From assembly GCA_030695905.1 (NCBI GenBank), contig JAUYOL010000001.1, forward strand, positions 2,023 through 66,022: 64,000 nucleotides of DNA, written 5' to 3'. The notes under the pieces are model-generated. The model did not search any database, had not been told where the DNA came from, and saw nothing but the letters and a program-made list of their open reading frames with translations. The translations under genes were made by a program, and so were the position numbers. Shown piece by piece: positions 1 through 9,087 of the stretch (the first letter of the stretch is position 1; each line of letters begins with the position of its first letter). This DNA comes from Candidatus Omnitrophota bacterium. GTDB taxonomy: Bacteria; Omnitrophota; Gorgyraeia; 2-01-FULL-45-10.

Positions 1-386
1 ATCTTCCAGTATGGATAGACCTTTTTTATCTCATCCGGCCATGTGCCCGCCAGGACTACTCTTTGAGCGTTAATTTCGCTTATTGTATATAGATAAGGTA
101 TTGCGCCGATAAGCTTCTTTTCATCCAGCGAGCGGATCATGCTCTTTAGATCCGCCTCTTTAAAATAATCTGCTTTCCCGGTATCGCGGGGCGAGATCAC
201 AATATTGGCGCCGTAAGAACGTAGTTCCCTGTTCATCTTCAGGTTTATATCATAATAAAGGCTTAAAAGGGCCGATACTACGCATGCGGCAATACTCAAA
301 GCAAACAGAGCCAAAAACAACCGGAACTTCCTCTGAGTAAATGACTTTTTTATTACTCTAAAAAACAATACGATATTATTGTTCAT
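1..386 (-). CDS. ABC transporter permease (FtsX/MacB-like, Fet iron-uptake cluster), runs off the window
   Basis: Manual translation from ATG 386: MNNNIVLFFRVIKKSFTQRK...DINLKMNRELRSYGANIVISP, paralogous to the N-terminus of 376..1668; overlaps that gene's stop. Confidence 0.85.
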   Translation of the reverse strand, partial: MNNNIVLFFRVIKKSFTQRKFRLFLALFALSIAACVVSALLSLYYDINLKMNRELRSYGANIVISPRDTGKADYFKEADLKSMIRSLDEKKLIGAIPYLYTISEINAQRVVLAGTWPDEIKKVYPYWK

Positions 387-1668
387 GCAAAACCTCGATC
401 GGCCTTAAGGCCAGGATAAACTTTATAGGTGAGAGGCTTCCTATAATCGCGATACACGTTGACAGGAAAAAAACTACCGGCAGGACAATCGGCTTAATTG
501 AAACGCCATATCCAAAAACGCTCCTGGCAATTACTTGACAAAATAGAAAACCTGCCGCGTACCCTAATAGGCTTCCGCATATACTTATTATTACTACTTC
601 GGCTATAAATGCTCCGGCTATTCTAAATGAATCCGCGCCGAGGGCTTTTGACAGCCCGATCTCTCTTGTCCTTTCCAGGACTGATGTAGTCATGAGGCTC
701 CATATACCGAGGCCGGCCATTATCATCGCGAAGGCCGTCAAAATGAACATAAGGATCTTTAGTCTTGTTAAGATATTGCCCTCTGCCTCAGCCACTTTTC
801 TTATGGGCTTGGCGCAGACGGTCGGGATTGCCTCTTCGATCTGAAAGGCCACTGAGCTGACATAAGCGGTGCAATACCATTTTTCGAATTCGGCGCTCGT
901 CAAGCTATCGGGATCCTCGGACGCATGATCGGACAATTTATTATTGGGCGTGGTCAGCGCACTTACCTCTACCTCCTGCACATGACCCGTCAAATTCATT
1001 TTTTCCTGCAGAAACTTCAACGGGACGTAAAACTTTTTTATGTTTTGGTCGTCTCCTTTTACAATCCCTTTTACATAGAGCTCTGAGTCTATTAAACCAT
1101 CCGGCCCATAAATAACTATTTTTACGGGTTCGCCGGGCTTAAGAGAGAGGGCCTTTTCGGCGGCTTCATTGACGAGCGCCGCGCTATAGTCTGATTCATC
1201 ATCTATCCATTCTCCCTTTACTGCCAGGTAGGGTCTTGTTTTTTTAATCCCTTCGACAAAAGTTTCTCCCGTAGAAATAGTATTATTTTTCTCAAACCAC
1301 GTCCCGTCAATGACAAATTTGTGATTATTAACCTCTCCCGTGCCGGTCAGGTGCGGAGCGAATCCTTTTATGTTATAGCGCCAAAATATCATTCTTAAGT
1401 TTTCCAGATACTTTTCCTCTATGAACGACCTGTTTTTAATAGGATTGAAATCGATCCCTTCTATTTCGAAAGGCAGGCTTCTTTCTTTTGGAATTACGAG
1501 AATATTAGCCCCGTAAGTTTTTAGTTCTTCGGCCATCTTGTCGGAGATGTCCAGAGATATATTAAGCAGAGCCGTCGCGACGCTCGCTCCTAAGGCAAGG
1601 CAGGCTATAGCCAAAACCTTATTTCTTTTCTGCCGCATAAAAGATTTTTTTAATACCCTTATAAACAT
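376..1668 (-). CDS. ABC transporter permease (FtsX/MacB-like) of FTR1/P19 iron-uptake cluster
   Basis: N-terminal TM, ELKTYGANI, WYCTAYVSS motif, ERTREIGLSKALGA and C-terminal TMs; operon context. Confidence 0.88.
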   Translation of the reverse strand: MFIRVLKKSFMRQKRNKVLAIACLALGASVATALLNISLDISDKMAEELKTYGANILVIPKERSLPFEIEGIDFNPIKNRSFIEEKYLENLRMIFWRYNIKGFAPHLTGTGEVNNHKFVIDGTWFEKNNTISTGETFVEGIKKTRPYLAVKGEWIDDESDYSAALVNEAAEKALSLKPGEPVKIVIYGPDGLIDSELYVKGIVKGDDQNIKKFYVPLKFLQEKMNLTGHVQEVEVSALTTPNNKLSDHASEDPDSLTSAEFEKWYCTAYVSSVAFQIEEAIPTVCAKPIRKVAEAEGNILTRLKILMFILTAFAMIMAGLGIWSLMTTSVLERTREIGLSKALGADSFRIAGAFIAEVVIISICGSLLGYAAGFLFCQVIARSVFGYGVSIKPIVLPVVFFLSTCIAIIGSLSPIKFILALRPIEVLHEQ

Positions 1669-1679
1669 ATCTTAAGCCT

Positions 1680-2906
1680 TTACTCTCTGAATACTTCCTT
1701 CTTTTTTTCTATATCAGAAACCTTGATCGATAAGAAATCGTTTTCCTTCCTATAGGCAAGCGGGATAGGATTGCACCCACCGGGTAATCCTATCGTATCA
1801 AGATTCATCATTACATCGCAGGCCAGGCAGACGATCTGGCCTTTTTTCCTCTGATAATAGCCGACGGGCCCGCAAATATCACAGGCATCAAAACCTATGC
1901 CGAAAATACCCGCTCTTTTTTCAACGATAATAAAACGGATGTTAACCCCGTCTTCGGTAGCGCAGGAAAAACGATGCAGGTTTCCGTCGCTCACAGCTTC
2001 AACAGGAATGCGCACCGCTCCATTTTGAGGAACTGTTTTTTCGGATGGCGACAGCGTTATCTTTCTGGAGGCCCAGGCATAATTAGCGATCATAATAGCT
2101 ATCACTATTGCCAAAGATAAATAGCCGGATCTTATCCAGTAATTTCTGATTAAGTGTGCGGCTTTTATCTTACGCTTTTCGGCAGGATTTAAATTGCTCC
2201 TCTGTCTATTCTCACCCTTGTACCTTCCTATAAATAAACCGGCCCCTAATACAAACAATAGCACATAACATGTCAGCTGGCGATAATTTATCAAAGGGGC
2301 CACGATAGTGACAGTCTTCGCGGTCGCGGGTAAAAATCCTAAAACGAGGAGGCCGGACGCCAGAATAATCAGAGCATGGGCCATACTGCTTATAAAAACG
2401 ACGAAAACCAGGAGAAGCGATCTCTTTTTATCCAAAAACCGGCTGATCCGCGCAAAAATCTTACCCAGGATGATTGCTATGCCGCCGCCCAGCATCCCCG
2501 CGACAATCTTAAGGATAAGCTCTGTATTTAGATTGTTTTCAGCGCTAAAAATAGACCGGGAGAATAAGGATATTTCTATAAAATCCTGCAGGGATAAAAG
2601 AAAGGCGATATTGAAAATTAAAGATTTTTTAAACTTAAAGGCGTTCGGGCGCCGCATAAAAACAAATACGGCAAGGCATAGAATTATTGCCAATAATGCC
2701 CAGACCGCGTCAAATTCTTCTCTCAGTTTGAAAAACTTCAAAGGGCATGCTGATAAGACTCCGGCAAGGAAAGAACAGGCCAGGCCCCACCACAAACATT
2801 TCTTTAATCTTTGCAGATCCAGACGCTCGAGCAAGATCGCCCCGGAGGCAAAGGTTAAAGCTATCCTTATGCCCTTTTCTAAAATAAAAGCTATTACCTC
2901 TAGCAT
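1680..2906 (-). CDS. Membrane protein with C-terminal Fe-S (DUF2318/FtrD-like) domain
   Basis: Multiple TMs then DACDICG...VCLACD...GGCNPIP; typical partner of FTR1/P19. Confidence 0.85.
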   Translation of the reverse strand: MLEVIAFILEKGIRIALTFASGAILLERLDLQRLKKCLWWGLACSFLAGVLSACPLKFFKLREEFDAVWALLAIILCLAVFVFMRRPNAFKFKKSLIFNIAFLLSLQDFIEISLFSRSIFSAENNLNTELILKIVAGMLGGGIAIILGKIFARISRFLDKKRSLLLVFVVFISSMAHALIILASGLLVLGFLPATAKTVTIVAPLINYRQLTCYVLLFVLGAGLFIGRYKGENRQRSNLNPAEKRKIKAAHLIRNYWIRSGYLSLAIVIAIMIANYAWASRKITLSPSEKTVPQNGAVRIPVEAVSDGNLHRFSCATEDGVNIRFIIVEKRAGIFGIGFDACDICGPVGYYQRKKGQIVCLACDVMMNLDTIGLPGGCNPIPLAYRKENDFLSIKVSDIEKKKEVFRE

Positions 2907-2927
2907 CAGCTATATTTTTTACCCTTT

Positions 2928-4274
2928 TTAAAATTTTATCTGCGTCTGCACATAGAAATAATTGATATCCTTACGCGAATCTACGGCGTCCTTGAAAAAC
3001 CTTCCGAGAAAAAACCGGTTCGCGCTGAGTATCAAGTTTACATTTTCCGTGATTTTAAAATTGGCTATCACGTTGACTTCGCTTCCAATGTTACGGCTTA
3101 TATCGGCCGGTGTTTTATCCGCCAGAAAATAATGGTAGTCGATGTTCAAGTTTATCCTAGGATGCAAATCCATTGATATGCCACCGATTATAATGTGCAT
3201 ACCACTTGCCCTGAAATCGCCTACTGTAATACCGCTCACATCCGGGACAAGGCTTATATCGCCTACAATGTATTGGTCATTATATATGTTTCCATGGAAT
3301 TCACTGTAATATTTGTCATCCGTCTTATTATCACCGCTTCCAAAGGCATAGCCCGCGAAGAGGCGCGGATTATATTTTGATTTGAACGTGTACCCCGCTT
3401 CAACGTGCCCTCCATACGCGCTGATCGTGTCGTGGGCTCCGCGTTCCTCGTTCTCTATATTGCCGAATTGATAAAGCGGCTCAATCTCGTAATCAAACTG
3501 TTCCATGATCTTACCCGCGAACCTTGTTCCGATCGTATACCACGTGGCGTCATCCGCCAGGTCTGAATGGAAAAATTCGAAACCGCCATGGTGATAGAAG
3601 AAATAAAGATCGGCTGTCGTATCTTCCGTAATTTCGTATTGTGAGTACGCGCCATACAGGGCCGGCCTGTCTTTACTTGTCCCTTTATTAAGATTAACAT
3701 ATCTTGCTGCTATCCCATCTACCCAGAATTTGTCGCCCAATAAAACCCTAGCCTTTGCCGCGTCCCACACGAGACCGTCATAAAAGTCATTCGTACCCAG
3801 GAAAAATCCGGAGCCGTAACATAGCTGCTGCCGACCCACCTTTGCTTCCAACGGTATATGCTCCATATCGGAAAGTTCCGCGTATGCCTGATAGAGATTG
3901 CCCTTCGAATAATCGCTGTCGCCTTCATTGTCTTCGCGCATATAGAATTGCCCCTCGGCAAAGACTTTAAGCTCTTTTATGGGGCTGAGCAAAAAATTCA
4001 CCCTGGTTCTCGAAAGTATCTGCTCATCGTGCGTATCAGGCGCGTAGCTGAAATCGCCGAGATTCTGATTTGTCACAAAATCGCCGCGCACCCTCTCTTC
4101 GGCGCCTATATTATAGGTAATGCCCTTTTTCTGGGCTGTCTTTTCTTCGTGTTCATCATGGATTTTATCGTGAATCTCGCCCCGGGTTTGGCATTCTTCA
4201 TTAGCCCATAGAGGATGCGCCAATAATAAGACCGCCGATACAATTATTATTATTTGTCCTTGCTTATACCACAT
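2928..4274 (-). CDS. Outer-membrane beta-barrel, alginate export (AlgE-like) family
   Basis: Signal peptide, LYQAYAEL, KVGRQQL, IGSEVN, alternating beta-strands, C-terminal Phe. Confidence 0.75.
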   Translation of the reverse strand: MWYKQGQIIIIVSAVLLLAHPLWANEECQTRGEIHDKIHDEHEEKTAQKKGITYNIGAEERVRGDFVTNQNLGDFSYAPDTHDEQILSRTRVNFLLSPIKELKVFAEGQFYMREDNEGDSDYSKGNLYQAYAELSDMEHIPLEAKVGRQQLCYGSGFFLGTNDFYDGLVWDAAKARVLLGDKFWVDGIAARYVNLNKGTSKDRPALYGAYSQYEITEDTTADLYFFYHHGGFEFFHSDLADDATWYTIGTRFAGKIMEQFDYEIEPLYQFGNIENEERGAHDTISAYGGHVEAGYTFKSKYNPRLFAGYAFGSGDNKTDDKYYSEFHGNIYNDQYIVGDISLVPDVSGITVGDFRASGMHIIIGGISMDLHPRINLNIDYHYFLADKTPADISRNIGSEVNVIANFKITENVNLILSANRFFLGRFFKDAVDSRKDINYFYVQTQIKF

Positions 4275-4310
4275 GCCAATATTCTCCTTTAATTTATTCT
4301 CTTCTCACTA

Positions 4311-4853
4311 TTACCATTTTCTGGGAACATATGGAAAGTCCCATTCAACCACAATAGGCTTTCTCCAGAATCTACCCGGCACGCCGGTTTCACTGTCTGT
4401 GTGCAGCATAAAGTCCTGTTTTAAGGGAGACTCTATAATAAATGTAACCTTATAATTACCCGCTCCCGCCATCTTTATATTGGCTCCATAGTGAGGGCCG
4501 TCGTCGGCGTTCATCGGCATGAATGTGCCTTCTATCACCTGCCCGTTATTTGTATTTTTCAGCTTATACGAGATGGACAGATACGGTATCCATTCTCCGG
4601 AGCCAAAACCCACCCTGTTCCCTGCTGTCGCCTTGATATCGCATTCAAGGTGCAGATCCGATTTCTCAGGTGTTAACCCCATCATCGGCTCCATGGGAAC
4701 AGGCTGAAAATATACCGCGGCTATCTCCATGAATTCAGCCTCCTGTGGATCACCGATAGGATACTCGGTAAAGCCAAACGCGCTTCCGGCTAAACAACAT
4801 AATGCAAACGCTGCCATGATAAAACTAAACACACCACTTTTTACTCTACCCAT
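4311..4853 (-). CDS. Periplasmic iron-binding protein P19/FetP/Tp34 family
   Basis: Signal peptide; EYPIG, AAVYFQPVPMEP, LHLECDI, MPMNADDGPHYGAN. Confidence 0.92.
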   Translation of the reverse strand: MGRVKSGVFSFIMAAFALCCLAGSAFGFTEYPIGDPQEAEFMEIAAVYFQPVPMEPMMGLTPEKSDLHLECDIKATAGNRVGFGSGEWIPYLSISYKLKNTNNGQVIEGTFMPMNADDGPHYGANIKMAGAGNYKVTFIIESPLKQDFMLHTDSETGVPGRFWRKPIVVEWDFPYVPRKW

Positions 4854-6045
4854 GATTTCCTCCTTTTTTTGAAAACGTTACACGTAAACCGACCAGTGCG
4901 GCTATTATCAATAAACCCTGGGGTATGATGGTCTGCCAGTAGGGATATATTCCGAGAAACGGCGCACTTGGGCCGCTGATTATTAAAGACGGATCAATGA
5001 GCCCGCCCTCTATAAGTTCCATTATGCCTTTTCCCGCAAAGACAAATGCCATGTAATAGAGAAGGGCGCTCGTAGCGATAAAAAACGGTTTTAACGGTAG
5101 TCTCATGCTTCCAAAACGGACTCCTATAAATACGGCGGTGAGCGCAATACAGCCGATAATAAATCCGCCGAAAATAACCCCTACTCCTGCCGCGCCCTGG
5201 CCTGGCACAAGCGCGGAATAGAAAAGGACCGTTTCCGCCCCTTCACGATAAACCGCCAGGAATGCGGCAAACCACAAGGCATACATACTCCCTGTGGTCA
5301 ATGACCTGTCCACCTTACCTTTAATATAGCTCATCCATTTATGCGCCTCCACCTTGCTGATCAACCAGAAGCTCACGAAGAAAAGAACAACGACCGCGAT
5401 GAGCATGGTAATCCCTTCCATAATTTCCTGATTAGCGGCATTGATACGAAAGACCCACTTTACCAATATGCCGGTGATAATACTTAAGGCGATCGCGATA
5501 ATACAGCCGTGATAAATTATCTTTACCTTATCCTTATGCCCTGTCTTGATTAAATAGGCTATGATGGCGCATATGATAAGGATTGCCTCGAATCCTTCCC
5601 TTAAGATAATGAAGAATGAATAGAAAAAGAGCGCCGCGGGGGCTTGCGACTTTTCTTTATTGCGATCCAGCTCGTGAAGCGTTACTTTAAGCTCCGCGAG
5701 CAACTCTTTTATGGAATCCTCTATGACTGGGAATGGGTCGCCTCTTTTTATCATTTTACGGATTTGAGCGAATTTAAATTCCAATTCGGAATTACGTTTG
5801 GCGGAAATGGTTCTCCGGATGGGGCCTTCCAGGTATTCAAAATTTTCGAAGTATGCGCTTTCCCATTCTGCCTTCGCGTCCTTCATCTCGCCTTTTCTAT
5901 AAAGCTCCAGGGCCCTTTCGGAATGTTTCTCGATCCCGACGACATAATCACTTAATTTTTTTCCTGCACCGCTATCCTGCGCCACACAAGCATGCGTCTG
6001 AAAGGCGAGAAACAGCGCCGCAATCAGCATTATCTTTCGTATCAT
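4846..6045 (-). CDS. FTR1-family iron permease (FetM-like) with N-terminal periplasmic domain
   Basis: Two REGxE motifs (LREGFE, YREGAE); start moved to ATG 6045 (GAGG upstream) because the longer ORF start lies in a Fur box. Confidence 0.92.
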   Translation of the reverse strand: MIRKIMLIAALFLAFQTHACVAQDSGAGKKLSDYVVGIEKHSERALELYRKGEMKDAKAEWESAYFENFEYLEGPIRRTISAKRNSELEFKFAQIRKMIKRGDPFPVIEDSIKELLAELKVTLHELDRNKEKSQAPAALFFYSFFIILREGFEAILIICAIIAYLIKTGHKDKVKIIYHGCIIAIALSIITGILVKWVFRINAANQEIMEGITMLIAVVVLFFVSFWLISKVEAHKWMSYIKGKVDRSLTTGSMYALWFAAFLAVYREGAETVLFYSALVPGQGAAGVGVIFGGFIIGCIALTAVFIGVRFGSMRLPLKPFFIATSALLYYMAFVFAGKGIMELIEGGLIDPSLIISGPSAPFLGIYPYWQTIIPQGLLIIAALVGLRVTFSKKGGNHG

Positions 6046-6067
6046 CTCGGTAAAAACCTCTTTCTTT

Positions 6068-6086
6068 ATTGAAAACAATTTTCAAT
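6068..6086. promoter_or_regulatory. Putative Fur box upstream of FTR1
   Basis: ATTGAAAACAATTTTCAAT, 19-bp palindrome resembling the WTGAAAATNATTTTCAW Fur motif. Confidence 0.75.
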
Positions 6087-6102
6087 TACTAAACAAAAAA
6101 AA

Positions 6103-6543
6103 CTATTTCTTATGTTTGCTGCATATCCCGAATATCTGAAGCTTGTGCCTCAACGGGGTAAAATGCTTTTCTTTCGCTAATTTTTCCTGCAACTCCTCTA
6201 TTTTCGGCTTTACCACTTCCGTATAGCTTCCGCATTTGACACAGATAAGATGATCGTGATGTTCATGTCCATATCGATGCTCAAACCTTGATATGCCGTC
6301 CCCAAAATCGACCTCATTGCAAAGGCCGGCTTCTTCCAGCAATTTCATCGTCCTATATACGGTAACATAGCCTATTTTGGGGGTTTTTTTCTTCACGATT
6401 TTGTATAATTCGTCCGTAGAGAGGTGCATCTCCACCGAGAGGAATACTTTCAGTATCTCTTCCCTCTGAGGCGTGTATCTTAGACCCTTCTCCCTGATAA
6501 ACTTTTCCAGTATCTCGATCTCTTTTTTCATGTCATCTTCCAC
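6103..6543 (-). CDS. fur: Ferric uptake regulator (Fur family); start may be ATG 6531
   Basis: GLRYTPQR, TVYRTMKLL, HHDHLICVKC; heads the iron operon. Confidence 0.9.
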   Translation of the reverse strand: MEDDMKKEIEILEKFIREKGLRYTPQREEILKVFLSVEMHLSTDELYKIVKKKTPKIGYVTVYRTMKLLEEAGLCNEVDFGDGISRFEHRYGHEHHDHLICVKCGSYTEVVKPKIEELQEKLAKEKHFTPLRHKLQIFGICSKHKK

Positions 6544-6559
6544 CTTTGTATGATTTTTT

Positions 6560-6605
6560 ATTGAAAAGTGATTTCAATAATATCACGCTCATCGATTCCT
6601 GTCAA
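6560..6605 (-). promoter_or_regulatory. Sigma70 promoter of fur operon overlapped by second Fur box
   Basis: TTGACA (6605-6600), 17 nt, TGn-TATTAT (6582-6577); palindrome ATTGAAAAGTGATTTCAAT at 6560-6578. Confidence 0.8.
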
Positions 6606-6620
6606 GAATTATTTTTAATT

Positions 6621-7571
6621 TTATCTAAAAACCTTCTCTAAGATAAAACCGCAGGACATAAGCAGAGAGAAAACGATAATCAGCGCAATCGCTGAGGCAT
6701 TAGCGGGAAGAAGTTTCTGAACATCCATATAGTGTTTATGCGCTGTCTTTGCCGTTTTAAAACTAAGTGGAGCGCTCAAGAATACCAAAACGCACGATAG
6801 GGGAAAGATTTTCATTATCAGACCTATCAAGGTAAGTACGAATGCTAGCGGCTGCAGCCAGATAAAAACCAGCGCCGCGTTTTTTTTACCTAAACGCACT
6901 ACCAGATTTTTTTTACCGGTCTTATCATCTGCTTCAAAATCCGGAATTTCATTTATCCATAGAACCAAACCGGCTAGAATACCCGTAATAACGCCGGCAC
7001 ATAGGGACACCTTGTCAAAATGCCGAACTTGCGCGTAATACGCACCGCTCACCAAGAGTGGACCAAAGCCTATAACTACAGACAATTCGCCTAAGCCTCT
7101 GGCGGAAAGATTGACCCGCGGCTCGACATAGCCGACAGCCAGAAACATCCCGATTATACCCAAAACCAATACAGGCCAGCCGCAAAGAACGACCAAAACC
7201 AAGCCGATAGCCGCGCCCGCACTCAAGAGCCCGATGCCTGCCTTAAGCAAAGTCTGCGGCTTAATAAGGTTTTCTTGTATAACCCTTGAGCCGCCGCTAT
7301 ATGGCGTAACGGTTTCATTAATATTATCCGTTCCGCTCAAAAAGTCAAAATAGTCGTTCAAGCAGCTTGCGCCGAAATGGATGCAGGCCGAGCTCACCAA
7401 AACCGCTAAAAATAAGCCGAAGTTAAAATACCCTTGGTTATAGGCTATCGCCGTACCCAGGAGAGTTAAAACAATGGTTAATAAAACAAATGGCGGGCCT
7501 AAAACCTTAAGCCAGGCATAAACCGTTTCTGTAGGCGACTGGGCAATAAGCCGCCGAATCTTAACCGGCAT
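6621..7571 (-). CDS. UbiA-family prenyltransferase, MenA-like
   Basis: NDYFDFLSGTD, SGGSR, GLGEL, NEIPDFEADxxxGKKNLVVRLG Asp-rich motifs; many TMs. Confidence 0.88.
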   Translation of the reverse strand: MPVKIRRLIAQSPTETVYAWLKVLGPPFVLLTIVLTLLGTAIAYNQGYFNFGLFLAVLVSSACIHFGASCLNDYFDFLSGTDNINETVTPYSGGSRVIQENLIKPQTLLKAGIGLLSAGAAIGLVLVVLCGWPVLVLGIIGMFLAVGYVEPRVNLSARGLGELSVVIGFGPLLVSGAYYAQVRHFDKVSLCAGVITGILAGLVLWINEIPDFEADDKTGKKNLVVRLGKKNAALVFIWLQPLAFVLTLIGLIMKIFPLSCVLVFLSAPLSFKTAKTAHKHYMDVQKLLPANASAIALIIVFSLLMSCGFILEKVFR

Positions 7572-7579
7572 TGCTTAAG

Positions 7580-7759
7580 TTAAAATAAGGTTGAAACGAT
7601 GTAATTGCCGTCTTTCTTCAGTGCGGGCGAAACGCCAACAGCGGTCTTTAACGCAAAAGCCTCCATTGAAACCGATTCGGGTGAAGCATATTTTTTTGAC
7701 CCTGTACCCTTTTTGATATCCTGGTTCTTAGTCACTCCGGTTGATCTCATCTTGCTCAT
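7580..7759 (-). CDS. Putative RiPP precursor peptide, 59 aa (absent from the ORF track)
   Basis: MSKMRSTGVTKNQDIKKGTGSKKYASPESVSMEAFALKTAVGVSPALKKDGNYIVSTLF; SD-like GGGAGGG upstream; fills the gap between RRE and prenyltransferase; YxxP motif. Confidence 0.75.
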   Translation of the reverse strand: MSKMRSTGVTKNQDIKKGTGSKKYASPESVSMEAFALKTAVGVSPALKKDGNYIVSTLF

Positions 7760-7782
7760 GCCGTTACCCTCCCTTTCTTTAT

Positions 7783-8055
7783 TTATTCTTCCAATATTCC
7801 TTTTTCAACAAACAAACGTGCACATTCACTAACTTCAGATAAAAGACTTGAGAAGTCTGTAGTCTCAAATTCACCTGCCACTTTTTCTGCGATTGCTTCA
7901 ATGTTATTGTTACCATCGCAAAGCTGGAAAATTTTCGCGGCTACCGGGTTTAATATCCTCGGTAGAGCAAAATCATCCTTATGGACTATTACAATCTGGT
8001 CATTTTCCCCATCCAGTCTCCAACGTAAATTTGTGGCTATCCTGGGTTTACTCAT
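7783..8055 (-). CDS. PqqD-family RiPP recognition element (RRE) protein, 90 aa
   Basis: LNPVAAKIFQLCDGNNNIEAIAEKVAGEF...LFVEKGIL; ATG 8055 overlaps the end of the radical SAM gene. Confidence 0.88.
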   Translation of the reverse strand: MSKPRIATNLRWRLDGENDQIVIVHKDDFALPRILNPVAAKIFQLCDGNNNIEAIAEKVAGEFETTDFSSLLSEVSECARLFVEKGILEE

Positions 8056-9079
8056 AATGGATATCTTCAGTGACATAGGGGATAGTCCTCTCCGCAATCA
8101 AATCCTTCATCTGTTCGTATTTCTTTATAAATGAAATCACTTCCGGCCGCTTCCAGCCTTCCTTTAAATATTCTTCCCAAATTTGTTTTATCGACTGCTT
8201 ACGTAAATTGCCATAAGTGAAAGGCAATAGCAAGTCTAGCCTTAAAGTTGCTTCCGGAGTAATGATGCACCAGATATTGGGAGCAGCCGAACGCACGCTA
8301 AGGTAAGTCTTTAAAACCTGCTTTTCCGGAGAGGGTGCAATGATTGTCATTTTATCAGAATATTTCTTGGCCGATTCATCCAGTGATTTAAAAAATTCGG
8401 TATACTGTTTATCGCCCAGGGCGATCGAAGCGGAATTCAGGGCAGCCCGGCCTGTCAAGACCAGCATATCCGTGACAAAATACTCCAGATCCATTTCCGC
8501 GCAGAGCGCGATCACATTACCCACATCGAAATAATTCACGCTGGAGGGCACAAAGGAAACATGGACGCGCACGCCGTTATTTTTAAGCAGTTTTACCGCA
8601 GCGACGGATTTTTCCCAGCTGCCTGCCAAGCCTCTCGCTTTTTCATGGGTTTCGGCCGTTGAGCCGTCTATGCTGATCTGCACCCACTTTACCTTGAGTC
8701 GCGCCATTTCTTTTGCCGCGGCCTCGTCTACCTTGGTGCCATTGGTAATTATCCCTACTTGTATATCATATTCTCTTAACTTGCTGACGATCTGCGCCCA
8801 GTCATCGCGTAACAGTGCCTCGCCGCCGGTAAGATAAACCTCGAATACCCCTAATTCTCCCAACTGTTGGGCGATCTTAATAGCTTCGGAGGTATTAAAT
8901 TCTTTTGCGGAAGACTTTGAATTAGCATTGTAATAACAATGTACGCAGGAAAGGTTGCATTTATTGGTCAATTCCCAAAGCCCAAAAATGGGGGCCTTAA
9001 AATACTTTGGCAGTATCTCTTTCTTATTTAAGGTATCGATGCGCTGCGTAAAACTATTTGTAAATGTTGGCTCGGACAT
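8048..9079 (-). CDS. Radical SAM peptide maturase (PqqE/MftC-like) with degenerate SPASM/twitch tail
   Basis: APIFGLWELTNKCNLSCVHC, LTGGEALLR, ITNGT, QISIDG; tail YGNLRKQSIKQIW. Confidence 0.88.
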   Translation of the reverse strand: MSEPTFTNSFTQRIDTLNKKEILPKYFKAPIFGLWELTNKCNLSCVHCYYNANSKSSAKEFNTSEAIKIAQQLGELGVFEVYLTGGEALLRDDWAQIVSKLREYDIQVGIITNGTKVDEAAAKEMARLKVKWVQISIDGSTAETHEKARGLAGSWEKSVAAVKLLKNNGVRVHVSFVPSSVNYFDVGNVIALCAEMDLEYFVTDMLVLTGRAALNSASIALGDKQYTEFFKSLDESAKKYSDKMTIIAPSPEKQVLKTYLSVRSAAPNIWCIITPEATLRLDLLLPFTYGNLRKQSIKQIWEEYLKEGWKRPEVISFIKKYEQMKDLIAERTIPYVTEDIHYE

Positions 9080-9087
9080 AAGTTAGC

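Noticed and set aside
7580-7640. Lasso peptide call (G42...D50 would give a 9-residue ring)
   Set aside because: No lasso cyclase or leader peptidase in the window, and the Thr would be at -3 relative to that Gly
7605-7832. 75-aa + strand ORF as the RiPP precursor
   Set aside because: Antisense to the cassette, TTG start, no SD; the - strand 59-aa ORF fits better
6621-9079. Calling the cassette PQQ or mycofactocin biosynthesis
   Set aside because: Peptide lacks ExxxY and IDGxCGVY motifs; no pqqB/C or mftD/E/F
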